Assembly: GCA_965238075.1 (NCBI GenBank)
Contig: OZ250173.1
Coordinates: 384,001-448,000 of the forward strand
From: Candidatus Entotheonellaceae bacterium
GTDB taxonomy: Bacteria; Tectomicrobia; Entotheonellia; Entotheonellales; Entotheonellaceae
DNA: 64,000 bases
Direction: 5' to 3'
The notes beneath the pieces were generated by a model. That model did no database searches and was not told the origin of the DNA. It was given only the letters and a program-made list of their open reading frames with translations. Shown here one piece after another: positions 36,278 through 46,438 of the stretch. Positions within the stretch are counted from its first letter, which is position 1, and each line of letters opens with the position of its first letter. A program made the position numbers and the translations under genes.

Positions 36278-36760
36278 CTAGCCTCCTCCTTTGACGCCAA
36301 GGTAGCCGGCCATCATGTCGAGCGCGTAATCGGCAATCTGTTCCTGAATAGCGTGCCGGTCGCCGTCGAACCGCGCCTCGGCAGCCAGCATGCCGGTCGG
36401 GGTGTGGAGGGCGAAATACGTCATCCCCAGCGGCTTAGGAGAGCGCCCGCGAATCGGGCCGGCGAGGCCCGTCTCAGCCAAGACAAGGTCGGCCTGGCTG
36501 AGGCGTTGCAACCCCACAGCCATGGCGCGGACCGACTCAATACTGACCACGCCGTATGCCTGCGTCACATCCGGGTCGATACCGAGTGCCTGGGCCTTCG
36601 CTGCCTGACTGTAGGCCACGATACCGCGGTCGAAATACGCCGAACTGCCTGGCAGGCGCACAAAACGCACCGAAATCAGACCGCCGGTGGTAGTCTCGGC
36701 AAGGGCCAGACGCCAGCCGCGTTCAATCAGACGGGCGGCGATGGTTGCTTCAATTGGCAT
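36278..36760 (-). CDS. CinA C-terminal/PncC (NMN deamidase) family protein
   Basis: LALAETTTGG, PGSSAYF, YSQAAK, GVVS....AMA.G, TGLAGP, KPLG. Confidence 0.88.
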   Translation of the reverse strand: MPIEATIAARLIERGWRLALAETTTGGLISVRFVRLPGSSAYFDRGIVAYSQAAKAQALGIDPDVTQAYGVVSIESVRAMAVGLQRLSQADLVLAETGLAGPIRGRSPKPLGMTYFALHTPTGMLAAEARFDGDRHAIQEQIADYALDMMAGYLGVKGGG

Positions 36761-36976
36761 GGGGGATTTCCTCGGCAGGCCGAAGACAGGCAACAAAAAG
36801 TGGACCCATTATAGCGGATACCGTCAAGGGGTCAGGGTGGCGGTTTCCGGTCCGGGCAGGGGTTGTGTACAATGGAGCCCGCTAAACCAATTGGCGGACA
36901 CAGGGCATAGGATTTGAATTTGTCCTACGGGTGCTGCGCCGCAAAAAGCGGGCGACCCAGACGAAAGGACATCGCA

Positions 36977-37810
36977 ATGCGAGGATTGGGCCGCTCCGCG
37001 GACGGCCGCCGCAGCCGGCGGCGAGCTTTGGTAACCGGCGCCTCGTCGGGGCTGGGCGCGGCATTCGCCGAGGCGCTGGCGCGGCGCGGCTTTGACTTAG
37101 TGATCGTTGCCCGGCGGCGCGAGCGGCTGCAAACCCTGGCCGAGGAGCTGCGCGATCGCTACGAGGTAGCCGTGCAGGTGCTGGTTGCTGATCTCACCCA
37201 GGCCGCGGACCTCCAGGCCGTCGAGAGCCACACGGCCAGTGACGCCGCCCTGACGATCCTGGTGAACAACGCCGGCTTCGGCACCACCGGGCGCTTCGCG
37301 GCGCTGGATCCGGACCGTGACGAAGCCGAGGTCCGCCTGAACGTCGTAGCGCTCTCCCGCCTCACCCGCGCCGCGCTGCCCGGCATGATCGCCCGCGGTC
37401 TGGGCGGCATCATCAACGTGTCGTCCGTGTCGGGGCTGCTGCCCGGCCCCTACCACGCCACCTACGGCGCCTCCAAGGCGTTCGTCAACAGTTTCACGGA
37501 GGCTCTGCACGAGGAACTGCGCGGCACCGGCGTGCGCGTGCAGGCCCTGTGCCCCGGTTTCACGCGCACCGAGTTCCAGGAACGCGCCGGCGTCGCTTCG
37601 CAGAACGTTCCGGCTTTCGCCTGGATGACTCCCGAATATGTCGTCGAAGCGTCGCTGACCGGCCTGCGCCGCGGCACGCTGGTGTGCGTACCCGGTCCAA
37701 TTTACCAAGTGCTGACGGCACTCATCACGGTATTGCCGCGTTCCTTGGTGCGCCGCTTGTACGGCATCACGTCGCGCCGGGCATTGAACCAAATGAGCGA
37801 ACGGATTTGA
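36977..37810 (+). CDS. Short-chain dehydrogenase/reductase
   Basis: TGASSGLG, NNAGFG, YGASK, CPGFTRTEF. Confidence 0.93.
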   Translation: MRGLGRSADGRRSRRRALVTGASSGLGAAFAEALARRGFDLVIVARRRERLQTLAEELRDRYEVAVQVLVADLTQAADLQAVESHTASDAALTILVNNAGFGTTGRFAALDPDRDEAEVRLNVVALSRLTRAALPGMIARGLGGIINVSSVSGLLPGPYHATYGASKAFVNSFTEALHEELRGTGVRVQALCPGFTRTEFQERAGVASQNVPAFAWMTPEYVVEASLTGLRRGTLVCVPGPIYQVLTALITVLPRSLVRRLYGITSRRALNQMSERI

Positions 37811-37843
37811 ACCCCCGCCCCTGCGGGCATGAAGGAAGAACCC

Positions 37844-38254
37844 ATGGATATCGCAAAGGCGCAGCAATTCCTGCGCGCCAACGAATGCGCGGTTCTGGCA
37901 ACCACCCGCCGCAACGGCCAGATCCAGATGTCGCCGGTCACCGTCGGCCTCGACGCCGAAGGGCGGACGATCATCAGTAGCCGCGAGACCGCCTACAAGG
38001 TCCGCAATCTCCGCCGCCATCCGCAGGCATCCCTGTGCGTGTTTGTGGACGAATTTACCGGCCCGTGGGTGCAGGTCAACGGCACCGCCGAAATCATCTC
38101 CCTGCCGGAAGCCATGGACCTGCTGGTGGATTACTATCGCCAGATCGCAGGCGAGCACCCCGACTGGGATGACTACCGCCGCGCCATGCAGCGCGACCAG
38201 CGGGTGCTCATCCGCATCACCATTGAAAGCGCCGGACCCGACCACAAGGGATAA
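37844..38254 (+). CDS. PPOX-class (putative F420-dependent) split-barrel oxidoreductase
   Basis: AVLATTRRNG..QMSPV, KVRNLRR.P, GEHPDWDDYRRAM..DQRV. Confidence 0.88.
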   Translation: MDIAKAQQFLRANECAVLATTRRNGQIQMSPVTVGLDAEGRTIISSRETAYKVRNLRRHPQASLCVFVDEFTGPWVQVNGTAEIISLPEAMDLLVDYYRQIAGEHPDWDDYRRAMQRDQRVLIRITIESAGPDHKG

Positions 38255-38289
38255 CACGGCGGCCAACCAAAACCCCCACGGAGTTTCTC

Positions 38290-40062
38290 ATGGGTCTGGA
38301 ATCCGCCATCACGCTGGCCGTGATCGGGGTCCTGCTGGGTCTTCTGATCTTCACACGGCTGTCGCCCCACCTCATTCTGTTGGGCGGCCTGACACTCCTT
38401 TTCACCCTTGGTATCGTCACCGAGAAAGACGTGCTGGCGGGATTCGCCAATCCCGGCATGGTCACCGTCGCGGTGCTGTTCGCGGTGGTCACCGGCCTGC
38501 GCGAGACCGCCGCCATGCACTGGCTGGCGGAGCCGCTGCTCGGGCGGCCGCACTCGCTCGGCGCCGCGCAGGCCCGCATCATGGGGCCAGTGGCAGTGCT
38601 GAGCGCCTTTATGAACAACACCCCCCTGGTAGCCGCCATGCTCCCCGTTTTGAACGATTGGGCGCGCAAGCACGGCATTTCCATTTCCAAGCTGCTCATC
38701 CCGCTCTCCTTCGCCTCCATCCTCGGCGGCGCCTGCACGCTCATCGGCACGAGCACGATCCTCGTAGTCAACGGCCTGGTTCTGTCCGAGCTCGGCGCCG
38801 ACAAGGGTCTCAGCATGTTCGGCATCACCGCCGTCACCCTGCCCTGCGCCGTGGTGGGCCTGGCGTTCCTGTTGCTGTGCAGCAGTCGCCTGCTCCCGGA
38901 TCGTCGGCCAGTCCTCAGCCCACAAGACGACGTGCGACAGTACACGGTGGAGATGGTGGTGTCGGATGGCAGTCACTTGGCGGGCAAGTCGATCGAGGAA
39001 GCTGGCCTGCGCCATCTGCCGGGGCTCTATCTGATGGAAATCGAGCGCATGAGGGAGGTGCTGCCGGCGGTATCGTCCAACGTGGTGCTGCGCGAGCAGG
39101 ACCGGCTGGTGTTCGTGGGGATTGTCGAATCGGTGGTTGACTTGCAGAAAATTCGCGGCCTCGAACCCGCCACCAATCAGGTCTACAAGATCGACGAACC
39201 GCGTCCGAATCGCCGCCTCGTCGAGGCCGTCGTATCCGACACCTGCCCCATCATCGGCCAAACGATTCGCCGCGGGCAGTTCCGCAGCCGCTATCACGCC
39301 GCCGTCATTGCCGTGGCGCGCAACGGGCAACGTCTCCCCGGCAAGGTCGGGGATATTGTTCTGCAGGCGGGCGACACGCTGTTGCTGGAAGCCCGCGCCT
39401 CGTTCACCGACCAGCAGCGCAACAGCCGCGATTTTTACCTGGTCTCGCAGATCGAAGACTCGGCGCCGCCGCGCCACGAAAAAGCGCCCCTGGCATTGCT
39501 GCTGCTCGGGGTCATGATTCTGGCGGTCACATTGACGCCTATGAGCATGCTTAACGCCGCCTTGATCGTCACCGGGCTGATGATCGCTACCGGCTGTTGT
39601 ACCGCGGCGGCGGCCCTGCGCAGCGTCGATTGGCAGATGCTGCTCGTCATCGCAGCGTCACTCGGCATCGGACGCGCCATGGAAACGAGCGGCGCGGCCA
39701 CCTGGATTACCACCGGGCTGCTGTCGATGGCGGGCAGCGAGCCGCGCCTGCTGTTGGCGGTGATTTGCGGCGTAACCATGTTGTTCACCAACATTATCAA
39801 CGCTAAAGCCGCAGCGGTGTTGATGTTCCCCATTGCCGTGCACGCCGCCGGCACGCTGGGGATCGACCCCATGCCTTTCGCCATTGCCATCATGATCGGC
39901 TCGGCGGCGAGCTTCGTCACTCCCATCGGTTATCAGACCAACCTGATGGTCTTCGGACCGGGCGGGTATCGCTTCAGCGATTACGTCAAACTGGGATTGC
40001 CGCTCAGCATCCTGGTGTGGGGCACGGCGGTGCTACTCATTCCGATGTTCTGGGAATTTTAG
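38290..40062 (+). CDS. SLC13/CitMHS family permease with TrkA-C domains
   Basis: SAFMNNTP, TLIGTST, two RCK_C domains, TPIGYQTNLMV.GPGGY. Confidence 0.92.
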   Translation: MGLESAITLAVIGVLLGLLIFTRLSPHLILLGGLTLLFTLGIVTEKDVLAGFANPGMVTVAVLFAVVTGLRETAAMHWLAEPLLGRPHSLGAAQARIMGPVAVLSAFMNNTPLVAAMLPVLNDWARKHGISISKLLIPLSFASILGGACTLIGTSTILVVNGLVLSELGADKGLSMFGITAVTLPCAVVGLAFLLLCSSRLLPDRRPVLSPQDDVRQYTVEMVVSDGSHLAGKSIEEAGLRHLPGLYLMEIERMREVLPAVSSNVVLREQDRLVFVGIVESVVDLQKIRGLEPATNQVYKIDEPRPNRRLVEAVVSDTCPIIGQTIRRGQFRSRYHAAVIAVARNGQRLPGKVGDIVLQAGDTLLLEARASFTDQQRNSRDFYLVSQIEDSAPPRHEKAPLALLLLGVMILAVTLTPMSMLNAALIVTGLMIATGCCTAAAALRSVDWQMLLVIAASLGIGRAMETSGAATWITTGLLSMAGSEPRLLLAVICGVTMLFTNIINAKAAAVLMFPIAVHAAGTLGIDPMPFAIAIMIGSAASFVTPIGYQTNLMVFGPGGYRFSDYVKLGLPLSILVWGTAVLLIPMFWEF

Positions 40063-40073
40063 GCGGGAAAAAT

Positions 40074-40095
40074 CGGGCGGGTTGGGGAAACCCGC
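40074..40095. terminator. Hairpin between convergent genes (terminator- or REP-like)
   Basis: GGGCGGGTT-GGGGA-AACCCGCCC. Confidence 0.5.
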
Positions 40096-40105
40096 CCGCG
40101 CAGCG

Positions 40106-41329
40106 TTACGCCAAGGGCGCCGGTACCGCCCGCTCCGCCGCGGGTTCCGGCCACCAGTGATCCTCGTACTCGCTCCACATGCTCTTCATGTGGGGCATCA
40201 CTTCCTTGGCGAACAGTTCCGTGTTGTAGCGCGTCAATTCCGGCGGCATGCTGCCGAAATGGCACAGGACCATCAGGTGGCCGACGCGCATGTCGCGCAT
40301 GGCTTCCGAGAGCTGCTGCCGCACAGTCTCCGGACTGCCGCCGATCACGTAGCCCTGCTCCACGAAATCCTTCCAGGTGAGATTGTCGCGCGCCTGCGTG
40401 GCCGCGGCGCCAAACTGCGGCTTGAAACCGCGCCGCAGCGTCTCCACGGTGCGATAGCCCGGCGCGTCGGCAAAACCTTCATAGATGTGCAGGCAGCGGT
40501 TGTAGAAATAATCGGCGTGCTCCGCGTACAGCTTCTCGGCCTGCGCGTCGGTATCGGCGACCGCCACAAGCTGCAGGAACCCGACCCGGTACGGATTGGG
40601 ATCCACACCGCGTTGGTCCACCACCTCCCAGAAGCCGTCCAACACGTTCTTGCCGCGTTTGTAGCCGAAATAGCTCAGGTAACAATAACAGTAATCGTGT
40701 TCCAGGCACCAATCCCACGTTTCAATGCTGCCGCCGCCGGGAATCCAGATCGGCGGATGCGGTTTCTGCAGCGGGCGCGGCCAGATGTTGACGTAGCGCA
40801 ACTGGGTGTGCTTGCCGTTGAACGGGAAGGGCTCGGGGCGCGTCCACGCCTGGATAATCAGATCGTGCGCTTCGCGGTATTTGTCGCGCAGAGAGGCGGG
40901 CGCCTGGCCGTACGCAAAATTGGTATCCATCGAGCTGCCGACAGGGAAACCAGCCACCAGCCGCCCGCCGCTCATGACATCGAGCATGGCGAACTCTTCC
41001 GCCACCCGTACCGGCGGGTTGTACAACGCGATGGAGTTGCCCAGCACTACCAAGGCCGCCTTGGAGGTGCGTCGCGTCAGCGCCGCGGCCATCAGGTTCG
41101 GCGACGGCATCAGGCCGTAAGCGTTGGCATGGTGCTCGTTCACGCACAAGCCGTCGAAGCCGGACTGCTCGGCGAATTCCAACTCATCCAGATAATCGTT
41201 ATAAACGGTGTGTCCCTTTTCCGGATCATACAATTCACTGGGCACGTCGACCCACACGCTGCGGTATTTCTGCTTAAAATCGTCCGGCAGATACGGGTAG
41301 GGCATGAGGTGGAACCAATTCACTTTCAT
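40106..41329 (-). CDS. LLM-class flavin-dependent oxidoreductase
   Basis: GFDGLCVNEHH, PVRVAEEFAMLDVMSGGR, WPRPLQKPHPPIW; start ATG 41329. Confidence 0.93.
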   Translation of the reverse strand: MKVNWFHLMPYPYLPDDFKQKYRSVWVDVPSELYDPEKGHTVYNDYLDELEFAEQSGFDGLCVNEHHANAYGLMPSPNLMAAALTRRTSKAALVVLGNSIALYNPPVRVAEEFAMLDVMSGGRLVAGFPVGSSMDTNFAYGQAPASLRDKYREAHDLIIQAWTRPEPFPFNGKHTQLRYVNIWPRPLQKPHPPIWIPGGGSIETWDWCLEHDYCYCYLSYFGYKRGKNVLDGFWEVVDQRGVDPNPYRVGFLQLVAVADTDAQAEKLYAEHADYFYNRCLHIYEGFADAPGYRTVETLRRGFKPQFGAAATQARDNLTWKDFVEQGYVIGGSPETVRQQLSEAMRDMRVGHLMVLCHFGSMPPELTRYNTELFAKEVMPHMKSMWSEYEDHWWPEPAAERAVPAPLA

Positions 41330-41464
41330 TACGAGCGCCTCCTGTCTGGAAAGCTTGCCATCGTCTTCTCGGGACCGCCCCGTAAGAGCGGCATCATACG
41401 CCACCGCTTGCAAAGCTGTCAAAACACCCATACCGCGCTTCACCCGGGTGCATGGCTCGCCAAA

Positions 41465-41493
41465 TTGACACGAACCGGCGACTTGTGTAAGGT
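41465..41493 (+). promoter_or_regulatory. Sigma70-type promoter for tRNA-Gly
   Basis: TTGACA-N17-TAAGGT. Confidence 0.6.
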
Positions 41494-41516
41494 CACGGCG
41501 CCATACGCCATACCGA

Positions 41517-41588
<72 letters not shown>

Positions 41589-41629
41589 TCTTTCCTTTTG
41601 CCGTTCCCTGCTTTCCGTTGAGGCCGCGC

Positions 41630-42070
41630 GTGTTTTATCGCTGGTTCCTGTGCCTGACCATTCCCCTCTTCTTGCTGACCGCCTGCATTCCCGAACCGCT
41701 CGACTTGGCTCTCCAGGGCAAATTGCCCGAGGGAGAGAACAACACGGTCATTACCACCTATTGCCAGACGTGCCATATTCACCGCACCTTCGAAGCGGCA
41801 AACCACGCCCCGCGCATGCAAGCCCTCTATGACCGCGAGCCGTACACGGCGGCCACGCAGTGCCGCGCCTGCCATCTGGTGGGCGAAAACACCTGGGGCA
41901 TGAAATCCCGCAAGACTCTCTTCCCCGCCGACGTGGCCGGCAATCGCTTCGCCGCTTCCGAACGAGGTCTTCCCAAACGGGGCCTCATCAGAAAGATCTC
42001 GGATTTCTTGACTCCGTCTTCCAAACGCGGGGATGCGCTGGAAGCCGAGCCGCAGGGTGCGAACGAATAA
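41630..42070 (+). CDS. Putative diheme c-type cytochrome lipoprotein
   Basis: 3' part of the spurious 662-aa ORF: MFYRWFLCLTIPLFLLTAC (lipobox LTAC), CQTCH and CRACH; start uncertain (GTG 41630 or TTG 41618). Confidence 0.78.
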   Translation: MFYRWFLCLTIPLFLLTACIPEPLDLALQGKLPEGENNTVITTYCQTCHIHRTFEAANHAPRMQALYDREPYTAATQCRACHLVGENTWGMKSRKTLFPADVAGNRFAASERGLPKRGLIRKISDFLTPSSKRGDALEAEPQGANE

Positions 42071-42091
42071 CAGCGGCGAGGGAAGCTTATC

Positions 42092-43831
42092 GTGCTGACG
42101 CAATGGCAGGTTGCCACCCCCGATCCCGCCACCCAAGTCCGACTGGCCGCCGAACTCTCCCTATCTCCCCTGCTCTGCCAGGTTCTGATCAATCGCGGCA
42201 TCACGGATGCCACGTCAGCCCGGACGTTTCTGACGCCATCGCTGCACGACCTGCATGACCCCTACCAAATCCTCGGCATGGACGCGGCGGTCCGGCGCAT
42301 TACGGCCGCGGTGCAGCAAGGCGAGCCGATGACGGTGTACGGCGATTACGACGTCGACGGGGTCACCGCCGCGGCACTGCTGATGACATTCTTCGAGGAA
42401 CTGGGGCTACGGGTGGCGTCCTACATCCCGGAACGCGAAGGCGAAGGCTATGGGCTCAACGCCGAGGCCATGCACCAACTGGCGCGGCAAGGCACGCGGC
42501 TACTGATCACAGTCGATTGCGGCAGCACAGCGGTGTCAGAAGTGGCCCTGGCGCGCGAGCTGGGCATCGACACCATCATCACGGACCATCATCAGCCGCC
42601 CGAAACACTGCCGGCGGCGCTGGCGGTTCTGAACCCGCACCAGCCGGGGTGCGGCTACCCGAACAAGCACCTGTGCGGCGTCGGCCTGGCGTTCAAGCTG
42701 CTGACCGCACTGCGCGCTTCCATGCGGCAGATTGGGGTGCTGCGCGAACGGCTGCCGAACCTCAAACGGCATCTCGACCTGGTGGCCCTGGGGACCATCG
42801 CGGACGTCACCCCAATTCGCGGGGAGAATCGCGTCATTGTGCATTACGGCCTGCAGGAATTGACGCACACACTCAAGCCGGGTCTGCAGGCGCTGCGTCA
42901 AGTGAGCGGCCGCCAGGGCAAAGCGGCGAACGTCGGCGAGGTTGGTTTTCAGTTGGCGCCGCGGCTGAATGCGAGCGGGCGCCTGGGATCGGCGGCGCAA
43001 AGCCTGGAACTGCTCATGGCCCGTGACCGCGAAGAGGCTCAGCGCCTGGCGGGTCTGCTCGACGCGGTAAACCAACAGCGTCGCACGCTGCAGCGGGACG
43101 TCGAGCAAATGGTACACGAACGCATCGGACAGCATTACGGCGGCACACCGCCGGCGGCCATTGTGCTAGGCGATGCCGATTGGCACCTTGGGGTGGTAGG
43201 CATCGTCGCTGCCCGAATCGCCGAAACCTATCACCGCCCAACGTTTCTGTTGCAGATTAACGGCGACACCGCCCGGGGTTCGGGACGGAGCATTCCGGCG
43301 TTCGACTTGTACAACGGTCTTCAGCACTGCGCCGAATGGCTGCGGCAGTTCGGCGGGCATCGCTACGCCGCGGGTCTGACCATGGCCGCCGAGCACTTGC
43401 CGGCCCTGCAGGAAGCCTTCATTCGCTATGCCGACGACCGCCTCGGACCGGACGATATGCAGCCTGTGGTACGTCTGGACGCGGTTGTATTGCTAGCAGA
43501 TATCACCGAGAAACTGGTCAACGAACTGACGGCTCTGGCGCCACACGGGTCAGGTAATCCGGCGCCGGTGTTTGCGGCCTATGGGGTGCGGTGCGCCTCA
43601 CCTATCCGGCGTCTCGGTCAGGAAGGGCAACACGCGCGCTTTCGGGTTGAGCAGGATGACGTCAGCCGGGAGGCCATCGCCTTTCAGCAGGGCGACCACG
43701 TGGCGGAAGTAGCAGCCGACGGTGGCGAGTTCGATATCGCCTTCACCCCGGTTATCAATACCTGGCGCGACCGCCGCACCCTGGAGTTGCAGTTACGCGA
43801 CTTGCGGCCCCACCTCCCGCAGCCCCATTGA
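42092..43831 (+). CDS. recJ: Single-stranded-DNA exonuclease RecJ
   Basis: YGDYDVDG, EGYGL, ITVDCG, TDHH, GTIAD, PRLNASGR, GSGRS, GGH..AAG. Confidence 0.97.
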   Translation: MLTQWQVATPDPATQVRLAAELSLSPLLCQVLINRGITDATSARTFLTPSLHDLHDPYQILGMDAAVRRITAAVQQGEPMTVYGDYDVDGVTAAALLMTFFEELGLRVASYIPEREGEGYGLNAEAMHQLARQGTRLLITVDCGSTAVSEVALARELGIDTIITDHHQPPETLPAALAVLNPHQPGCGYPNKHLCGVGLAFKLLTALRASMRQIGVLRERLPNLKRHLDLVALGTIADVTPIRGENRVIVHYGLQELTHTLKPGLQALRQVSGRQGKAANVGEVGFQLAPRLNASGRLGSAAQSLELLMARDREEAQRLAGLLDAVNQQRRTLQRDVEQMVHERIGQHYGGTPPAAIVLGDADWHLGVVGIVAARIAETYHRPTFLLQINGDTARGSGRSIPAFDLYNGLQHCAEWLRQFGGHRYAAGLTMAAEHLPALQEAFIRYADDRLGPDDMQPVVRLDAVVLLADITEKLVNELTALAPHGSGNPAPVFAAYGVRCASPIRRLGQEGQHARFRVEQDDVSREAIAFQQGDHVAEVAADGGEFDIAFTPVINTWRDRRTLELQLRDLRPHLPQPH

Positions 43832-43912
43832 CACTCCCACAGCGATACTCTACTACTTAGGCAGCGGGAAGGAATTCAGCGAGTAGCCACACCATGAAAA
43901 GGCCACATCGGC

Positions 43913-45616
43913 GTGTATCTGCCCTTTTTCAACCTGCGCGAGCCACCGTTCAATCTGACGCCGGACCCTCGCTTTCTCTTCCTCAGCTCACAGCATGAAG
44001 AAGCGCTCAGCCACCTGCTATACGGCATTCACGAGCGCAAGGGCTTCATCGAGATAACCGGCGAGGTCGGCACGGGCAAAACCGTGCTGTGCCGGGCACT
44101 CCTGGAGCAACTCGACGGCTCGATCTCGACGGCCCTGATCTTCAATTCCTACCTGACCCAGACGGAACTCCTGGGGGCCATCAGCCGCGATTTCGGGTTG
44201 GCGCTGGAGGGAGCCGCCGGTGCTGGCCTCATTGATCGGCTGAACACCTACCTGTTGTCGGAGTTCAGCGCCGGGCGCAACGCGGTGGTGGTGATCGACG
44301 AGGCACAGAACCTGGAGCCGACAGTGCTGGAGCAATTGCGCATGCTGTCCAATCTGGAGACGGCGCGCGGCAAGCTGCTGCAAATTGTCCTGGTGGGACA
44401 GCCGGAGCTGCGCGACAAGCTTTCCCTGCCGGGCATGCGGCAACTGGACCAGCGGATTGCGGTGCGGTTCCACATCAACGAACTCAGCCGCGCGGAAATG
44501 GCCAAGTACATCACGCACCGCCTGCAGGTGGCCGGAGCGGGCAACAGTATCACCTTCACCCGGCGCGCCCTAACCCTGATTTACCAGTACAGCGGCGGGC
44601 TGCCGCGGCGCATCAACCTGTTGTGCGACCGAGCGCTGATGACGGCCTTTGTGCACGAAACGCGGTGCATCAACGGCTCGCTCGTTCGCCAAAGCGTACG
44701 GGACCTGAACGACGGCTGGCAAGCGGTCGGCGCCAGGACGCCGGGCACGCGGCTGTTGGGGCGGTTGGCGCTCGCGAGCCTGACGGGATGCGCCCTGCTG
44801 GGGCTGGTCACAAGTGTCTGGATGCTGCCGGGCGGACGCGCCGGATTCACCTCGCCGGCCGCGAAGCCGGTGTCAGCGCGCCGGGAGACACCCTCCCCGC
44901 CACCGGTGCCCCAAGTTGTTGACGACGCTCCGCCTTCGTTCCCCACCGATGCGCCAGAGACCGAACCGCCATCGCAAGCCCTGTCCGTCCCGGAACCCGA
45001 ATCACCGAAACCGCACGACAATGTGGCATTGTCGCAGGCCCTGTGGCGCTTGAGGAGGAACGCCGAGGCGCTGCTACCGACCTTGCAGGACCCGGCGGCG
45101 GCGGACTGGGAAAGCCTGCTGGGCACCGTTGCGGGCGAATTGGACGTGATGCCGTTTCAGCCCCGCTTGGCGCAGTTGCCGCACATTTCGCGGCCGTGTT
45201 TCATCGAAGTGCTGCCGCACGTATCGGCGCCGCACGCCGTGCTATGGGTGCTGGCACGTGGGGTGCCGGACGGTGTGCTGATCTACGATGAGTCAGGGGA
45301 ATTAACGCCAATATCTCTGTCCGAATTGCGGCGGATGTGGTACGGCGCACTGTACCTGACGGCAGAGGCGAACACCTATGAAGGCCTGACACTGCGACCG
45401 GGCATGCAGGGCGATCAGGTGCGGGCTTTACAGCTAGCGTTGAAGCAGGGCGGTTATTTTCCCGACGAGCCCTCTGGATTGTTCGATACGCAGACGCAGC
45501 AGGCCGTCAAGCGATTTCAGCGCGACAATTGGCTGCCCGCCGATGGCAACGCCGGGCGGCGGACGCTGATTACTCTGATGCATTTCGGCGGTCATGCCTT
45601 AGAACCCACCACGTAA
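43913..45616 (+). CDS. exeA: T2SS assembly ATPase ExeA/GspA with C-terminal peptidoglycan-binding domain
   Basis: PFNLTPDPRF, GEVGTGKT, IDEAQNL, LVGQPEL, GLPRRIN.LCDRAL; C-terminal VRALQ..L...AVKRFQ...L.ADG. Confidence 0.9.
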   Translation: MYLPFFNLREPPFNLTPDPRFLFLSSQHEEALSHLLYGIHERKGFIEITGEVGTGKTVLCRALLEQLDGSISTALIFNSYLTQTELLGAISRDFGLALEGAAGAGLIDRLNTYLLSEFSAGRNAVVVIDEAQNLEPTVLEQLRMLSNLETARGKLLQIVLVGQPELRDKLSLPGMRQLDQRIAVRFHINELSRAEMAKYITHRLQVAGAGNSITFTRRALTLIYQYSGGLPRRINLLCDRALMTAFVHETRCINGSLVRQSVRDLNDGWQAVGARTPGTRLLGRLALASLTGCALLGLVTSVWMLPGGRAGFTSPAAKPVSARRETPSPPPVPQVVDDAPPSFPTDAPETEPPSQALSVPEPESPKPHDNVALSQALWRLRRNAEALLPTLQDPAAADWESLLGTVAGELDVMPFQPRLAQLPHISRPCFIEVLPHVSAPHAVLWVLARGVPDGVLIYDESGELTPISLSELRRMWYGALYLTAEANTYEGLTLRPGMQGDQVRALQLALKQGGYFPDEPSGLFDTQTQQAVKRFQRDNWLPADGNAGRRTLITLMHFGGHALEPTT

Positions 45617-45631
45617 CGACGAGCGCGGTTT

Positions 45632-46438
45632 ATGAGCATCATCAACCAAGCCTTGAAAAAGGCGCAGCGCGAGCAGCACCTGGCGAAGGGCGGCACCGCC
45701 TGGGTGCCTTCCGCAGCGGCGGAGGCCGAGGCACCCCGCCGGCGCGGCAAAGCGTTGTGGGTCGTCACGGCAGCCGTGTTTGCCTTGAGCCTCGGTGCCG
45801 CGCTGCACGCTTGGCTTGTCAGCCCAACGGCACAGATCGGAACCGTTTTCAAGTCCACCCCATCCGTCGCCGATCCGATTTCACAACCGGAGCCGGGAAA
45901 GCCAGCGAAGGAAGCAGGGATGAGTTTCAAGCCCGCGCGCCAGATCGTCAATCCCCTTCCCACGATGCAACCGGGCCTGCCAAGGACTGCCAGCGTCGCC
46001 CCGACCCGCCCCGTCCCAATCGCTCTTGCACGGCGTCCCAGCCCACCGGTCACCGCCGCCGACTACACCGCCCGCGGCAATGCCCTCTACCGCCAAGGCA
46101 AGTACCAACGCGCCGTCGACATGTATCAAGCCGCCCTGGCGCTCGACCCGCTCGACGTCAAAGCCCGCAACAATCTCGGAAGCACCTACATGCAACTCAC
46201 CCTGGACGACCGCGCCACCGCGGCCTTCCAGGAAGTGTTGCGGCTGGACGATGCCTACAGCCTGGCCCACTACAACCTGGCTTGCGTGCACGCGCGCGCC
46301 GGCAACTTGGAAAGCGCCGTGGCCTACCTGCAGCAGGCCGTGGCTATCGAACCCGAGGCCCGTGACTGGGCGAGGACGGACGGCGATTTCGCCTCGCTGC
46401 GCAACGCGCCGGAATTCCGTCAGCTTCTGGAGCCGTGA
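45632..46438 (+). CDS. ExeB/GspB-like membrane-anchored TPR protein
   Basis: MSIINQALKKAQRE N-terminus typical of GspB-like proteins, one TM helix, Pro-rich linker, three TPRs; follows exeA. Confidence 0.75.
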   Translation: MSIINQALKKAQREQHLAKGGTAWVPSAAAEAEAPRRRGKALWVVTAAVFALSLGAALHAWLVSPTAQIGTVFKSTPSVADPISQPEPGKPAKEAGMSFKPARQIVNPLPTMQPGLPRTASVAPTRPVPIALARRPSPPVTAADYTARGNALYRQGKYQRAVDMYQAALALDPLDVKARNNLGSTYMQLTLDDRATAAFQEVLRLDDAYSLAHYNLACVHARAGNLESAVAYLQQAVAIEPEARDWARTDGDFASLRNAPEFRQLLEP

